NCBI GenBank assembly: GCA_963713955.1
Contig: OY970216.1
Location: forward strand, 637,483-701,482
Reading direction: 5' to 3'
Source: an uncultured bacterium
Lineage (GTDB): Bacteria > Patescibacteriota > Minisyncoccia > UBA6257 > GWB1-50-10
Length of the DNA: 64,000 bases
The position numbers were made by a program, and so were the translations under genes. This document shows, one piece after another, positions 63,258 to 64,000 of the stretch. Below the pieces are notes generated by a model, which was given only the letters and a program-made list of their open reading frames with translations, ran no database searches and was not told the origin of the DNA. Positions within the stretch are counted from its first letter, which is position 1; every line of letters starts with the position of its first letter.

Positions 63258-64000
63258 TTATCTTTCACTCTCCCGTTCCCCTTCATCTTCGCGGCCTTTT
63301 TCATATTCATAGTTGACTTCGAGTCCCAGCGATTTCATCTCGCTGACCAGTACGTTGAACGAGGCAGGAACGTTGGGTTTCTTGATTTCCTGCCCCCGGA
63401 TAATCGCTTCAAAAGCGGCCGATCGGCCCAAAACGTCGTCGGATTTTATGGTCAGCATCTCCTGGAGCGTGTGGGCGGCTCCGTACCCTTCGAGCGCCCA
63501 AACCTCCATTTCCCCGAAACGCTGGCCGCCGAGATTCGCTTTCCCGCCCAAGGGCTGCTGGGTAATAAGGGAATAAGGCCCCGTCGATCTCACGTGCATC
63601 TTGTCTTCAACCAAGTGGTTCAGCTTCATGATATACATGTAGCCGACGGTCACGGGCTCCGAGAAAGCTTGACCCGTGAGGCCGTTATAAACCGTCATCT
63701 TGCCGGTCGGTGAATACCCCGCGGCCGTAAGTTCATCTTTCACGTCTTCCTCGGAGGCGCCCACAAAACCGTGGACGACGGCCCGATAGCCCTGCTTCTT
63801 GGCGGCAAGGCCCAAACTCACTTCCATGATTTGTCCCAGGTTCATGCGGGTCACGACGCCCAAGGGATTCAAAACGATGTCAACCGGCGTACCGTCTTCG
63901 AGATACGGCATGTCTTCGACTTTCCGGATCTGGGAAATCACACCCTTGTTCCCGTAACGCCCCGCCAATTTATCGCCGGCTTTTATCTTCCGGAGTTGCG
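63258..64000 (-). CDS. rpoB: RNA polymerase beta subunit, C-terminal part (5' end outside the window)
   Basis: ..[57 protein letters not shown].. Confidence 0.9.
   Translation of the reverse strand, partial: QLRKIKAGDKLAGRYGNKGVISQIRKVEDMPYLEDGTPVDIVLNPLGVVTRMNLGQIMEVSLGLAAKKQGYRAVVHGFVGASEEDVKDELTAAGYSPTGKMTVYNGLTGQAFSEPVTVGYMYIMKLNHLVEDKMHVRSTGPYSLITQQPLGGKANLGGQRFGEMEVWALEGYGAAHTLQEMLTIKSDDVLGRSAAFEAIIRGQEIKKPNVPASFNVLVSEMKSLGLEVNYEYEKGREDEGERESER

Overview
The window looks like a compact genome of a Candidate Phyla Radiation / Patescibacteria-like bacterium. That placement is inferred from gene content, not searched: DUF2207/LemA, many prepilin::LamG genes, no rplA/rplJL after rplK, no rplI after rpsR, tiny spacers. 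GC is about 55%, with one AT-rich island at roughly 25.3-28.7 kb. Most genes are housekeeping: rpoB (partial), rpoC (two frame-shifted ORFs), rpsF-ssb-rpsR, secE-nusG-rplK, tmk, nusB, rpmF, nth, eno, a 2-hydroxyacid dehydrogenase, miaA, thrS, dnaE, rnhB, metK, a DEAD-box helicase, ftsE/ftsX, an ECF sigma factor with a putative anti-sigma, and a Zwf::Gnd fusion. Two RNA genes are supported: tRNA-Thr(CGU) and an unusually long RNase P RNA. Five paralogous prepilin::LamG genes (one frame-shifted) have near-identical 5' halves, variable LamG cores and a shared leaderless-type promoter with associated repeats. Bases 955-4309 carry an operon-like flavin electron-transfer module: a Cys-rich membrane protein, an FMN-binding (SGAT) protein, ApbE and an RnfD-like::FNR-like fusion. 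It sits beside the NADPH-producing Zwf::Gnd fusion and has a structured leader. Other notable items are a class-I release factor without domain 1 next to a GIY-YIG gene, an MvaI/BcnI-like R-M pair in the AT-rich island, an orphan EncFtn-like ferritin, several nested-palindrome repeat families, and a structured non-coding region at 18.6-19.1 kb. ORFs truncated at the window edges are absent from the ORF track and were read directly. Internal start sites are taken as codon offsets from the track.
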